From NCBI RefSeq assembly GCF_018350175.1, contig NC_058368.1:58654001-58718000 (forward strand): a stretch of DNA of 64,000 nt. Reading direction: 5' to 3'. Shown one piece after another: positions 25,633 through 39,346 of this stretch. Under the pieces are notes generated by a model. It saw nothing but the letters and a program-made list of their open reading frames with translations, was not told where the DNA came from and made no database searches. The position numbers were made by a program, and so were the translations under genes. The DNA comes from Felis catus (taxonomy: Eukaryota). The first letter of the stretch is position 1; every line of letters starts with the position of its first letter.

Positions 25633-26599
25633 AAATCTACTCATTCATTCTCTATGGGGTATCTCATCCAATCACAATGCCTACATATCTGACTCCATTT
25701 GATACCCCCTATGTAACCTTTCTAGCAAGAAATCTATATATTCGAAACATAGGATGTGCTTAATGAACTCCATAAATGAAAGAAAGTATAAATGAGTCCT
25801 CTGTATAAACGCAAACTAAATCAGAGTTAAAAAAAAAAAAAGCTTATTGACGATGATAATGAACTGACCTCTTGACATTATCATTGCCAACTTATTTTCA
25901 TATCATCATCAAGTAGGAAAAAGGAAATATGCAAGTGAACACTGAATAGAAAATTCTTTTCAATATCAAAATACCCACTTGCTGTTAACTATTTATGAAA
26001 ACCCCTGAAAAGCAAGCTTTTGGCTTAGAATCTGTATGTTTAACATTGACAGCAGGATTATTAAATAAACCAGTAAAATATGATTTCATGCTATTTTGTT
26101 TACTAAATTGCAGATAAGCAGTTTCTTTGTGAAACCGAAAGAATGTTAAAGTGCTGCTATATGTCACAAACTCTGGCGCCAGTTCTCAAGATGTTTAACT
26201 TTTAAATGTATCCTTGGTAAACAAAAGAATTTAAAAACTTGGCAGAAAGTTAATGCCTACAGATGCAGACAATCATTTTCTAAAAGCTTCTAGTGTCAAT
26301 TCCTCTTAGGCTTCAATGTGGAACAGAGTCTGTCCTTGTTATATGATGGATTTACAGCTTTCGTATCTCATAACTTTCCCATCTGTACAAGGCGTGGACA
26401 GTGAATCTTGTTTAAAAGCATAAACATATCATAAATGAATTTTCCCATATTTGTCATAATCATAATTGAGCTAATGTTATTATCAATAAATTTTCATTTA
26501 CTGCAATGCGATTTCATTCTTTGAATATGAATTTAATAGTATATCTTCTGCAAAAGAAAGTGTTTGTAATTATCACATATAATGCATCAAATATTGGAA

Positions 26600-26770
26600 A
26601 GTGGCTGCATTATGAGATTAGGAAGAATTTCTTTTGTTTGCTAGCTGTGTAATCTTGGGTAGGTTACTTAGCTTGCAGTGTTGCCCTGAGAATTAGCTAG
26701 CATATGTAAAATGTACCTAATGGAGTAGCTGACACATAGAAGACAATCAATTAATGGAAACAATTATTAT
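26600..26770 (+). mobile_element. MIR fragment
   Basis: ctagctgtgtaatcttgggtaggttactta..catatgtaaaatgtaccta..gctgacacataga. Confidence 0.6.
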
Positions 26771-28014
26771 GACGGGACTTAGTTGTATAATGATGTTATA
26801 TTATTAGCTTAGTTTAGAGGTAGAGTCCCAGATGACTGTTATACCTGTTAACCATTTAGACAGTCTTCTGGGGGCTTTGGTAGATACAGGAAATTAGGAG
26901 ATGGTTGAAAACATTAATGGTGCAATATATATTTCAAACATCTCATGTGCAAGGTGATTCTTTTGTCTTTTTCTTGGATATAAACTAGATATTAATTAGT
27001 TCCATAAGGATTACAAATTTTACTTGGTGAATAAATGAGACTTACAAATAGGTGTCATATAAAGTGAAGACATAAAAATACAACTAAGAGAAATGAGGTT
27101 AAGGAACATGACAAGAAATACATGTACACCTTTCTATTAATCAAGAGATCTTGTTATCAGCAGGTAAAGAAGAGCATATTAGATAGACATTTGGAGAAGA
27201 GGACTTTTAAACCCTATCTTTACCCCATCCTAAAGTTTATTTCTGCCCAACTATTGCTTGAGAATCCTTGAAAAAGTATAATTGTAATTGACGGGAGTGA
27301 TTCCACACAAACACAGAGGAATACAGATCATGTAAATTTAAAGTCACCTTTTAAATGTGGTTTTTATCTTTTGACCCAATATGGTTTTAAATAACATTTT
27401 ATTTTTTTAAGCAGGCTTCTTGATTTTTGTATTATTCGTGTTATTGGAATATTTGAGATAATCATCCATTGTCTCGAAAATTTCATGGAAGTATTTTTAG
27501 CAAAAAAATCAAGTAATTTTCAGTACAACAAATTTATTCAATATTTATACTCTAAAATCTTCTCTTTACCTGGTGATACATCATGTTTCAGTCCTAATTC
27601 ATCTTTAACACTTTATCTCCAGATTGGTAGACTGTACTAAGTGATGAGATAGACATAATATAAGTGTTTAAAATGTGTTTACTTTGTAAACATTTTTTTT
27701 TATAAGCATCTTGGACAAGCTAATAAAATACTTCCATGGATTTTCCATTGCTCATCATTCACTTAGTCTTTTTAATAAGTATTGTTTAAAGTTTGCTTAA
27801 TCTTTTACTTTTCTAGAATTTATAACAATTATCTACAGAAAGATATATTCTGTATGTTTCTGTTAATATATAAGGAAATAAAAATACTTGAAATGGTAGT
27901 AGTTGATGAAACTACTAATTATATATGATCTTTTATTTCCTGATATCAGTTATGTTTGCTTATAATGCTTATTCAACAAGCACCAATGATATGGAAGCAG
28001 TCTCAGGACAAGTT

Positions 28015-29285
28015 TATTTTATTTATATATCTATTTATTTATTTAGCTTTTAAAGTTTTTATTTTAATTCCAGTCTGTTAATATACAGTGTTACATTAGT
28101 TTCAGGTGCACAGTATAGTGATTCAACAATTAATGCATCACCCAGTGCTCATCACAAGTGTACTCCTTAATCCTCGTCACCTATTTAACCCATCCCCCCA
28201 TCTTACTCCCCTCTGGTAACCATCAGTTTGTTCTCTATAAGTCTTTTTCTTGATTTGTCTCTCTTTTTTTAAATCCCTTTGCTCACTTGTTTTGTTTCTT
28301 ATATTCTACATATGAGAGAAGTCATATGGTATTTTGTCTTTCTCTGACTTATTTCACTTGGCATTATACTCTTTAGCTCCATTCATGTCATTACAAATGG
28401 CAAGATCCCATTATTTTTTATGGTTTAATATTGCATTGTGTATGTGTATGTGTGTATACACATATACATACATATATTCTATATCCTTTTAATCCATTCA
28501 TCAATATATGGATACTTGGGATGCTCCCATAACCTGGTTATTGTAAATAATGCTGCTATAAAAATATGGGTGCACATATCCCTTTGAATTAATGTTTTTG
28601 TATTCTTTGAGTAATATCCAGTAGTTCAATTGGATCACAGGGTAGTTCTATGTTTAACTTTTTAAACATTTTTAACTTTTTGAAGAACATCCATACTATT
28701 TTCCAGAACGACTATGCCAGTTTGCATTCCTACCAACCCTACAAGGGGGTTCCTTTTTCTCCACATCTTCACCAACACATGCTGTTTTTTGTGTTTTTGA
28801 TTTTAGCTATTTTGATAGATGTGAGGTGATATCTCATTGTAGTTTTGATTTCCATTTCGCTGATGATAAGTGATGATGAATATCTTTTCATATGTGTCCT
28901 TTGGCCATCTGTATGTCTTCTTTGGAGAAATGTCTGTTCATGTCTTCTGCTCATTTTGTAATTGGATTATTTGTTTTTTTGAGTGTTGAGTTTTATAAGT
29001 TCTTTATATATTTTGGATACTAACCCTATCGGGTATGTCATTTGCAAATATCTCCTCCCATTCTGTAGGTTACCTTTTAGGGTTAGTTGATCATTTCCTT
29101 CGTTGTGCAGAAGCATTTTATTTTGATGTAGTCCCAATAGTATATTTTTTGTTTTGTTTCCTTTGCCTCAGGAGACATCTCTGGAAAGAAGATGCTACAA
29201 CTGATGTCAAAGAGATTACTGCCTGTGCTCTTTTCTAGGATTTTTATGGTAACAAGCCTCACATTTAGGTCTTTAATCCATTTTA
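28015..29285 (-). mobile_element. 5'-truncated carnivore LINE-1 (3'UTR and ORF2 end)
   Basis: T-rich tail, cacccagtgctcatcacaagtg, ORF2 remnant EMEIKTTMRYHLT (ORF 28769..28954). Confidence 0.93.
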
Positions 29286-29341
29286 TTTTAAATAAATAAT
29301 GTAATTTTTCTCTAAATTAGCTATATATTTAAATGTTATTT

Positions 29342-29930
29342 TTAAAGTTTATTTATTTATTTTATAGGCAGAGAGGGAGAGAGAGGGAGAGAGAGAGAAT
29401 TCCAAGAGGCTCTGCACTGTTAGCACAGAGCTCGACACAGTGCTCAATCCCATGAACTGTGAGATCATGAACTGAGCCGAAATCAAGAGTAGGACGCTTA
29501 ACTGACTAAGCCACTTAGGCTTGCTTTTTTTTTTTTTAATTTTTATTTAGTTTATTTTTTTAATTTACATCCAAGTTAGTTATCATATAGTGCAACAATG
29601 ATTTCGGGAGTAGATTCCTTAATGCCCCTTACACATTTAGCCAATCCCCCCCCCTCCACAACCTCTCCAGAAATCCTCTGTTTGTTCTCCATATTTAAGA
29701 GTCTTTTATGTTTTTGTCCCCCTCCCTGTTTTTATATTATTTTTGCTTCCCTTCCCTTATATTCATCTGTTTTGTATCTTAAAGTCCTCATATGAGTGAA
29801 GTCATATGATATTTGTCATTCTCTAAGACAGATATTTGTCTGACTAATTTTGCTTAGCATAATACCCTCTAGTTCCATCCACATAGTTGCGAATGGCAAT
29901 ATTTCATTCTTTTTGATTGTCAGGCGTCCT
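29342..29930 (-). mobile_element. Can-SINE whose head is split by an L1 fragment
   Basis: Body 29342-29520, head remnant caggcgtcc at 29921; 14-bp TSD tttaaatgttattt (29328-29341 / 29931-29944). Confidence 0.88.
29525..29920 (-). mobile_element. Short felid L1 3' fragment nested in the SINE head
   Basis: poly-T, atttacatccaagttagt..gagtagattccttaatgccc, ctagttccatccacatagttgc. Confidence 0.9.
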
Positions 29931-30139
29931 TTTAAATGTTATTTAAACATCCTTCTGTAGCAAAAAATATCCTAAAATCTTAATAAAAGGATTAGACTTC
30001 TAAAAATAATAAAGGATTTTAAGGCATTCTACAAATAGAGTTAAAAATAAACCTATACCTATTAAAATAAAATAATCTGAAATAGGTTCAGTTTAATTGC
30101 TTGGATTATTATAAAATTTTATAGTATCACTTACTGTTT

Positions 30140-30320
30140 AAGGACAGATGATACTGATTCAGGCAAAAGTAGGTTCAAATTCTTTTTCATCACCTCCTAG
30201 CTATATAATCTTAAACATTCATAATAACCTCTGTATGCTTGAGTGTTCTCATTGATAAATGAGAAATGTAATATTTTCTACCGCATAAGACTTTTATGAG
30301 AGTAAAATGTGATTAACTAT
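30140..30320 (+). mobile_element. MIR SINE
   Basis: ggttcaaattct..ctagctatataatctt..aacctctgtatgcttgagtgttctcatt. Confidence 0.65.
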
Positions 30321-30413
30321 CTTTCAACATATTTATCTACTTATCTCTCTTCTTTCATTCTCTCACTTTCTCTCATGCTCTCCTCTCTGTTTCTGTCTCT
30401 CTCTCCAAGAACA

Positions 30414-30870
30414 ATGTGGCAAAGACTGGTAGCCTCTTCCAATATCTGTTCCTCCCTTTTCTCATGGTGGTGGAAATTCCAGGTTTTAGTTGTATATATT
30501 TATCCAGGATACAGACAAAATTTCCAAGTTCCCTTTCAATGACTTATGGTCATATGTCTGGGTTTTGAATAATGGAATGTAAGTTGAGTGCCATGCAGGA
30601 ACTCCTGAAAATTTTCCATAAAATATAGTTGATGTACAAGTTTTGTCTCCTTTACTTCTTAGTCCTTATTCTGTTCTTTTGACTAGAATGTGGATGTGAT
30701 ATTGGATCTTGTCCCACTATTTTGGAACGGGTAATTAAAGCTATACTCTGGAATTGGTGGGACATCCCTGAGCATTTGTGGAACAAAAAGAAACATAATC
30801 CTGGATTTTCTACTTCTGATTTTTTATGTGAAGTAGAAAAAAATTTCTATTTTATATGACTCTATTATAT
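30414..30870 (+). mobile_element. Old ERVL/MaLR-type solo LTR
   Basis: tgtggca start, atttccaagttcccttt, ggtcatatgtc..aatggaatgtaag, gaatgtggatgtgat motifs. Confidence 0.6.
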
Positions 30871-31494
30871 CTGATTACTAATATTTACTGGTTTATAGTG
30901 ATATTTCAGAGCTTAAATAGTCACATGAGTGCCTTGTGTAACAGAACTACAATAATCACTAAAGTCTTAAAGTGAGAACATTTTCTCCTTCCATACAATG
31001 CAGAGATGGGCAATGAGCTGGAAGGACCAGAAAATTGAGTTTTGGATTCAGGGTTTAGTGTACCGTCTTTCATTTCTGGCATTTCACATGTCATTTGCTA
31101 ATAATGATTTCTGCCATATTTAGAAACTGGATAATGTGCAATCAAGAAATTACTGAATTAGAGGTTGTTGAGCTTGCTGAATTAGATAGGGATACCAAAC
31201 TGACTTAGCATTAAGGAATGTAGTTGAATGGAATTGGCTCATTGATATTCAGAGATGTTAAATAAAATAGGATGACTCTTAAAAATATTTATATTTTAAG
31301 TTCTTGATAAGCTCTTTGAAAATTCATGAAAAGGTAAAAATCAATAGCTTGTATATCTAGTTTTGGGTTTTGTGTATGTATTCCACATGCTAACAATGTA
31401 TTATAACCCTGGTTGCCTACCCTGTAGATAAAGAAGGCAGACTAAAGTGAAGCACTTTAGAAGGATTTGTTTGCCCAGTGCCCCAGGGCTGATG

Positions 31495-31899
31495 GTGAAT
31501 TAATTTCCTATTGTCGCTGTAACAAATTACCATAAATTCGGTGATTTAAAGCACCACAAATTTATTGTGTTACAGTTCTGGATGTGTTACAGTTCTAGCC
31601 CAAGTCTCCTTGGGCTAAAATCAAGATGTCAGCAAAGCTGCACTTCTGTCTGGAAGCTCTAGGGGAGAATTCATTGCCTTGCCTAGTTCAGCTTCTAGAG
31701 GGTGCCCATGATTCTTGGCTTGTGACTCCCTTCCTCCACCGCCAAACCTGACAGGTCATTAAAGATATTGTTCTCTATTCAAGGTCCTTAACTCAATCAC
31801 ATCTCCAGTGTCTTGTTGCCATGTAAGGTAACAGATACACAGGTTACCAGGATGAGGGCGCACATATCTTTAGAAGGGGTAATTATTTGCCTATCACAG
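31495..31899 (-). mobile_element. MLT1 (C/D-like) MaLR solo LTR
   Basis: gctgtaacaaattacca..acagttctgg..gggctaaaatcaagatgtcagc..ctctaggggagaattc..gccatgtaaggtaaca..gcctatcaca. Confidence 0.88.
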
Positions 31900-33314
31900 A
31901 TGATTACTGAAGAGATTCATAGAATATTGCATTATTATCTCTAGGTTTCTTTCTGTGTATATATATTCTGATTCACTAAAAACATATAATGCTGGCTCAG
32001 GGACTATTAAGTCTTGAATAATTATATATTTTCACTGCTCATTTTGAGCACTATTTTTGCTACCAGGAAAATACAACTATTGTTATCTAGTTGGCTAAAA
32101 ACTTACTCTAACTAAAGAAGTTACTTGATTCCCACTGAGTGGCAATCCTAGAGATAGCAAAAAAAATTTTTTTCACATAAGACGGGAGAGTCTTGTCAAG
32201 CAAAGATCATCTGTGAATTCTGGAGCTCTAATAATTAACATCTCCATGCACATTAACTTCATATTCCATTATTCATTTTTATAACATTAAACACACACAT
32301 TTATATATGTTTATAGTTATATATAAGAATATCTATACATATGAGTATATATGTATATATTTATCACCTCCAATTTCTTTTTAGGATCAACAAGTTTATT
32401 ATAAAATACATTAAAAATTGGCTAATTTATGCTTTTGAAATTTAGTATTTTAACTTCTGTGGTATACATACTAGAGACATATTTGCAATTGTTATTATTG
32501 GTAGAAACATCTGATTATATTTTAGAACATTTTACCAAACTATGATAAGATAGAGTTATATAATATAACTAATATGGATGAAAAAGAAAACATGTATGCT
32601 TTTGTTCTTCATAGCATAGTCACAAATGCAATACAATTTGAGAGCAATTCAAGGTTTTTCTTTACACTTCTGGCATAATTTTATCAAGGAATCTGTTGAT
32701 AGTCACTATACTATCAACAAGGATTCTTAAAGAAAGAAAAAAAGTCATATGGTTCCATATGTCTGTGGGTTCAAATGTTCACTTTTGTACACATTTCACA
32801 CAGATCCTATATTTATTGTCTTTCGGTTTAGTATCTGATTCCTCACACTCATCTCTTTCCTAAATGTTATAAACACTTTCAAATTGTTTTTGCTATCATC
32901 TCAAAATTTGATTGTATATATGATTTATTTTGATAAGACAAGTAAAGGAATGGAAAATGTAAACAATGTGTTTATGTTTTCAGTATAATTAGAAATATCA
33001 TTCTTAAACAAAATAAAAAGGGTTAACCCATTCCTGGGAATTGTACCTACAGTTGTGCATGGCCTTTAGTCCTTTTTGGTGATCACTTCATTTATGCAAA
33101 TTTTTAATCTATCAAACAAAAAGGGACAGACAGTCTCTCCATTGTAACTAAATTTTGTTATTCTATAACCCACAAACTTATTTTCTTAAATAATGCATGA
33201 ACATCTTAAGTAAAGAATTTTGTCTAAAAATGTGTAGGCTTGTGTTTTTTTATTTTTCCTTTTGAATAGAAAATATCACAGGATCTATTCAATCATTAAA
33301 ATAATATTCTTCTT

Positions 33315-33478
33315 GGGACACCTGGGTGGCTCAGTCCGTTAAGCATCCGACTTAGGTTCAGGTCATGATCTCACGTTTCGTGGGTTCGAGCCCCGCATCA
33401 GGCTCTGTGCTGACAGCTCAGAGCCTGGAGTCTGCTTCAGATTCTGTGTCTCCCCTCTCTGCCCCTCCCCTGCTCATG

Positions 33479-33515
<37 letters not shown>

Positions 33516-33540
33516 AAAAATAAACATTAAAATTTTTTTT
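33315..33540 (+). mobile_element. Can-SINE (felid type)
   Basis: Full body, (CT)n; flanking repeat atattcttctt. Confidence 0.95.
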
Positions 33541-33627
33541 AAAATATATTCTTCTTAATTTTCCTTTTTTTGCTTTTAGATTTGATATGATTTATCTTTG
33601 GTAAGAAAATGGTTAAAATATCTGTCT

Positions 33628-33842
33628 AATTTTTTTCAACATTTATTTATTTTTGAGAGACAGAGAGAGACAGAGCATGAGTGGGAAAGAGGAAGAGAGA
33701 GAAGGACACACAGAATCAGAATCAGGCTCCAGGCTCTGAGCTGTCAGCACTGAGCCTGATGTGGGGCTCGAACTCACCAACTGTGAGATCATGACCTGAG
33801 CTGCAGTCAGAGGCTTAACTGACTAAGCCACCTAGGGACCCC
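33628..33842 (-). mobile_element. Can-SINE
   Basis: Full antisense body; flanking repeat aaatatct. Confidence 0.93.
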
Positions 33843-34759
33843 ATTTGAAATATCTTAATGTTAATTTTTATTTCATTTAGCCATTCATAAATAATATGAA
33901 ATCATGATAATTTTTTAAAAAATTTATTAACTTTAATCTTAATACTGTGTCAGTTTTTACTCTTTCCACACAAGATGTAGCTATTTATACAAGAACTGTA
34001 TAAGTCAGTGTGTTGCTCATGTAGATTTAGGGGTATGCATTTTGTTTTCCATGTTTTTAAAAATATTCATGACATGTAAATCACTAAATATCATCTATTG
34101 TCTAATTGATCTGTATTTTTTTAACATATAAGCAGAAGATAATTGTTTTCTTCTGTTTCTGAATTTTAGATGCTTTTGGAAGATGCTTATTAAAATGTGG
34201 TTTGTATATAGGAAAGCAGGAAGAGAGATGCCGCTCAAAGAGAAAGGCACTTTCCTGGTAGCTACATCACTTTTAGTCAGTTTACATTAATTTTAGAATC
34301 CACTTATTTTTACAGGAGGCAGTAAGCACATTATTTCTGACACTAGTCGCCTCCTGTACCCTTGGGTGGTTTCCATGCCTACCTAGCTTGTTTGAAGAGA
34401 TGGCTGTAAAGCTCTTATGATCTGTCTCTGAGAGACAAATTGCTTCAGAAGCATACTTTGTGTGTTTAAGCACACGATGAGCAGATGTGGGAAATCAGGC
34501 AGTCTGTGAGAGACATGATGTGATAACACACTCACTGTGTTTGAGGTATGTGTTATGACCTGGTATGCTACTAAATCTTAAAATATCATCAAGAAAGAAA
34601 ACAGTGTCAAGATGGTAGATACAGAAATAGTACATTGTGTGACTAATGAAAGTTAATCAAAGACTAGTGTTTTTTTCTCTATGTAAGAATTTGTGCATGT
34701 ATGTATATATATTTATTTTTGCTTTAAGTACTTTGCCTATACAACTTATGTCTTTACCA

Positions 34760-36420
34760 CTATCTTTTGGGAAACTCATTATTCATTCTATGTCCTAATG
34801 GGATGGCTTATCATGTTTTCAGGGGTCTTGAGCTTTTGGAGTGGAGTGGGCCAATCATATTACTATATCTCTTTGAGCTTAGTCATTGAGTTAAATAGCA
34901 AATATATAATCCAATCAGCAGGGACATGATCCAATCAAAGCCAGACAGGATTTTCTAATATTGTACCTTTTGGAGATGGAAATATAAATGTCTCTTCCTT
35001 TTAACATTGAAATTATAAGAATTTGTCTGTTTTGTTGACAAATAGAAAATCTACATCATAATAAAATAAAAGCAAAATACAGAGAAAAGCAACAACAAGC
35101 AGAAAAAAGAAACAGAAAGTGCAAAGAGAATTCTTGTGCTATTGTTCGGGGTTCACTTTCAGCAATATCTGAAAATCTAAACCCATTTCTTTCTTGTCAA
35201 TAGCCAATGTATTTCCCATCAAAAAATTAGGTTATTACGTACTATCATCAGAAGCCCCAAACAGCTTCACAGTTACAGAACTGTTTATTAACAGTGAAAT
35301 GTCCAATTACTATACTATAAATTTTGGAATTGGTTGAATTAAGTTAGGATGGATTGTAAGGGTTATACTATGCCTTGCTGAGAAGTTGCAATTATTGCAA
35401 AGCAGTTGGGTAAACAATCAATCAGTTGTGCCTTGTAATTTAGACTGTATGCCTACCAAATGTGGAGCTCTTGACATTCAGTAGAAAAATGTCAAGATGC
35501 TAAATTTTGTTGGTCATATCTAGGGACATTCAGTAAGTAAGTAAGTATGAGAAAAAACTAGATTCACACTTGTCCATTTGAGACATAAAGTGTAAAGCAT
35601 ATAATTTTGTTGTGAGAGGTTATTCCTTTTATAGCCAGCCTGCCACAATAAAAACTTAATAATCAATAAAATTGGGACTCAAACATTTTCAAGGTAATAA
35701 AGAATATTTTGTCACATGAAAACCCATATGAAACAGTTTGCTTTCTCCCTGAGGGAAGCAATAAATATAAACTCTTTTGTAAGTTTAACTGAATAGGATG
35801 CATTTTTGTGTCATCAGGAAAGTTAACTCTCATTTAGAGCCACCCAAAACAAAGATGGAAGCCACTGAGTGATTGATTAGAAGTATAAGGGAGAGAGCAC
35901 GAAGACCTATTGGTCAGAGATGTAAGCCACAAGAAAGGGCTCTAGTTTATAAGATTATTATTTGTAAGAAATCTCATGTTGTTCACTACCCTGTAAATTG
36001 CCAGGAGTTAAAAATACCGGCAGCTACCTTAGCTTTTAATGTGTTTTGTTAGTTAAATCCCCAAACTAGCAATCAAGTTTCTATTATTTTTAAGTTTTTA
36101 AGAAAAACAAATAGTCCTTGTTGGTGTGACTGTAGATATTGGGATCCTTAAAGTAGCTCCTTGTTCTAAAGAGAAATCTACATCCACTTCAGATGGGGGC
36201 CACAGAATGGGGGGAAAAGAGAGGAAGTAGAATTAGAAACAACCTCTTACGATTGTCTCATCCTCAGTCACTTAATGATGAAATATTATGATGATCCTAG
36301 ACTTCTACTCCAATGTCTAGAAGAGGGAGGCAAGAATGACATGTTTTATTGCCCCATGAAGAAGACAGGGAGTTTCCAAAAATGAAGATCCAGTACCAAA
36401 TAAGAGGACTGAAAACAATG
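34760..36420 (+). mobile_element. Possible decayed MLT1 LTR plus MaLR internal sequence
   Basis: gggccaatca, ccaatcag, tagccaatgtatttccc LTR-like motifs followed by MaLR-int-like sequence; highly diverged. Confidence 0.4.
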
Positions 36421-39229
36421 TTAGCAAAATTAACAACAACAAAGCTCCTTAAATCCACGGTTTTCTTTATCTTGGCTATTTGCTATACAAGTTTCCCCTA
36501 GTATCCAAAAGTAGAAGATTCTTATCAAACCTTCCATAAGCCAAATCACTTAAAGGGAACAAGCAATTACCATTAATTTATGTGGAAAAATTTTTGATCT
36601 TTCCCAGATCTAAAAAGCAATCTCTCTGAGGCTTTTGTGATACCTTAGGACACATCTTGCTAACAGATACATAGAATAAACTGAGATGAAGCACAGATGC
36701 TCATAGACAGAGTTCTCGAAGCTGAGCTGCTGAGTGTATTCTCAGGGAAAGGGCTTAGTGGTGCCACTCTGGCTGCTCATGGTCCCTGTGTAAAGGCTCA
36801 CTGAAAATGAATGCTAATCACTATTTTCACTTTTCACCTTTTTTTGTAAAAGCAAAAATCCTCTTCAGATTTCTCTCAGTTGGCAAAAACAGGTACTAAC
36901 GTAGTCCTTTCATGAAAGCGCAGTACCATAACACAAACTTTTGAAGAGTGGAGTGTACCTGTACCTTTATTTCTCGTTTCAATAAATACATTTTGATCAA
37001 TATGTTTTGATACCAAAAATCAAACAACAGTTTAAAACATGGAATCTTTTTTGTTTGTTTTGTTTTTACCACATAAGAATGATTCTGATGGTGAAGAACT
37101 GCTGGCTGATTTTCATCAGCTCTATGATAATAGGCCTAGCACATATAATCTTATCACTTTTGATTATTTTTAGCACTCAAACTCATCTGATATTGGGGCA
37201 AATTGGAATAAAAAGATTGTCTAGGTTTAGGTTTAAAAAATTATGTTTTCTCACAGTAAGTTATATATTATCAACAGAGAGAATTAAGCCTTTTATTTTT
37301 ATTTTTCCTTACAGAATAAATAAGATAAAATGAATAACAATAAATAATACAAGAAATAAGAATTATTTGAGCTTATCCATGATATTAATGAAGTATACCT
37401 CTTTTCTCCCTGTAAATACTAGATGGGAATAGATAATACTGGTATGTCTGTATTTGAAAGGTTTTTAGTATATAAATCAACAAAATTTGAAGGAAAATAG
37501 TGGAGGTTACCAATATAGTCTTGCCATCCTCTTATTTTGAAAAGAAGGAAATAATAAGATTAAGATAAATATCTACTCTCTATTAGCGTAAAAGACACTT
37601 TTTTTTATTACCAAAATTCATATAGTCTATATGCAGAGTAAATAACTGATATCTATGATCTAGGATTTATTTTGAGAGCATGTATACAATGGCTTATATC
37701 TTCTTGGCTATGTGAAAGGTTAAGATTTTTCTCTTTATAATCTCTTATATTGTTAAAAACATTATGAAGACAGTATATTTCTTATAGGTAATGCATTTAA
37801 TGTTTCAAATTTTAAAACATCAAAACATATCATTTTATTTTTTGATGGATCATTGATATAGTAGCTATCTTGACCCAACTTGTTAAATATGGTGATCCAC
37901 TTACTGCAATGCAATATAAGTACAGCACACCATTCAACTTCTTTGCATAGTTCATTTTTATGGGAATTATAAGAAATTCAATTATACATAGATATTTTGA
38001 GAAATTTGGAGCTACTACTCTGAAATTTATTTTATCAATTCAGAATACTTTAGGAAAACAAAGATAATGTAAGATTCAATAACCTCCAGGCTACCCATGC
38101 CATCATTTGATGATGCTAAGCCAGGCATCTAGCTTCTGAGGGCTCTAGTCAAGGTGATTTGGTGTGTAATATACTAGGTGGCACCTTACACTTTGGTTGG
38201 GCAACAGAGGCAGAGGGCAGTGACTTTTCAACAAGTAGGGTAAGAATTGAGCTGAAAGTCAGAACATTAAAGCTTTAAAATTTTCACTTTAAATGAGTAT
38301 TTGAATCTACTAGTCCAAAATCCATGCAAATGAGAGAAAGATTGCTTGAGCCAGTTTCCATAAGTTGCCTTTCAGTTTTGTTGATTATTTCCTTCACTGC
38401 ACAGGAGCTTTTTGTCTTGATGAAGCCCCAACAGTTCATGTTTACTTTTATTTCCCTTGTCTACAGAGACATGTCTAATAAGAAGTTATTCTGGCCAAGG
38501 TCAAAAAGTTACTGTTTTCTTCTCTAGGATTTTGATGGTTTCCTGTCTCACTTTTAGGTGTTTCATCTATTTTGAATTTTGTAAGCAAGTGGTCCAGTTT
38601 CATTCTTCTGCATGTCATTGTGCCAGTTTACCCAACACCATTTGATGAAGAGTTTTTTTTTCCATTGGATATTCTTTCCTGCTTTGTTGAAGATGAGTTG
38701 ACCACATAGTTGTAGGTCTAGTTCTGGGTTTTCTTTTCTGTTCCATTGATCTATGTGTCTGTTTTCGTGCCAGTACCATACTGTAATGATCACTACAGCT
38801 CTGTAACATAGCTTGAAATCGAGGATTGTAATGCCTCTAGCTTTGTTTTTCAAGATTGCTTTGGTTATTTAGGGTATTTCCTGGTTCCATACAAACTTTA
38901 GGATTGCTCTAGTTCTGTGAAAAATGCTGGTGGTATTTTGATAGAGATTTCATTGAATATGTAGATTGCTTTGGGTAGCATAGACATTTTAACAATATAT
39001 GTTCTTCTAATCCACGAGCATGGAGTGTTTTTCCATTTCTTTGTATCATCTTCAATTTCTTTCATAAGTTCATAAGTGTTCTATCATTTCCAGGGTACAC
39101 ATCTTTTATCTCTTTTGTTAGGTTTATTCCTAGGTATCCTATGGTTTTTGGTACAGTTGTAAATGGGATTAATTCCTTGATTTCTCTTTCTGCTGCTTTA
39201 TTATTATTGGTGTATAGAAATGCAACAGA

Positions 39230-39346
39230 GGAGCACCTGGCTGGTTCAGTCAGTGGAGCATATGAGTCTTGATATGAGGTCAGGAGTTTGGGTCCCACCT
39301 GGGGGGTAGAGATTACTTAAAGATAAAAAAAAAATCTTAAGTAAAA
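39230..39346 (+). mobile_element. Short tRNA-derived Can-SINE inside L1
   Basis: TSD agaaatgcaacaga (39216-39229) / agaaatgctacaga (39347-39360). Confidence 0.88.

Noticed and set aside
34311..34545. 10-bp inverted repeat tacaggaggc/gcctcctgta (34311-34358) and a possible exon 34316-34545 (tttttacag..gag/gtatgt)
   Set aside because: A 10-bp stem is near chance expectation in 64 kb and too short for a pre-miRNA; the exon has stops in all three frames and no supporting evidence.
36911..36958. Faint resemblance to antisense U1 snRNA 3' end
   Set aside because: Needs several gaps and mismatches, no TSD or tail; likely chance.
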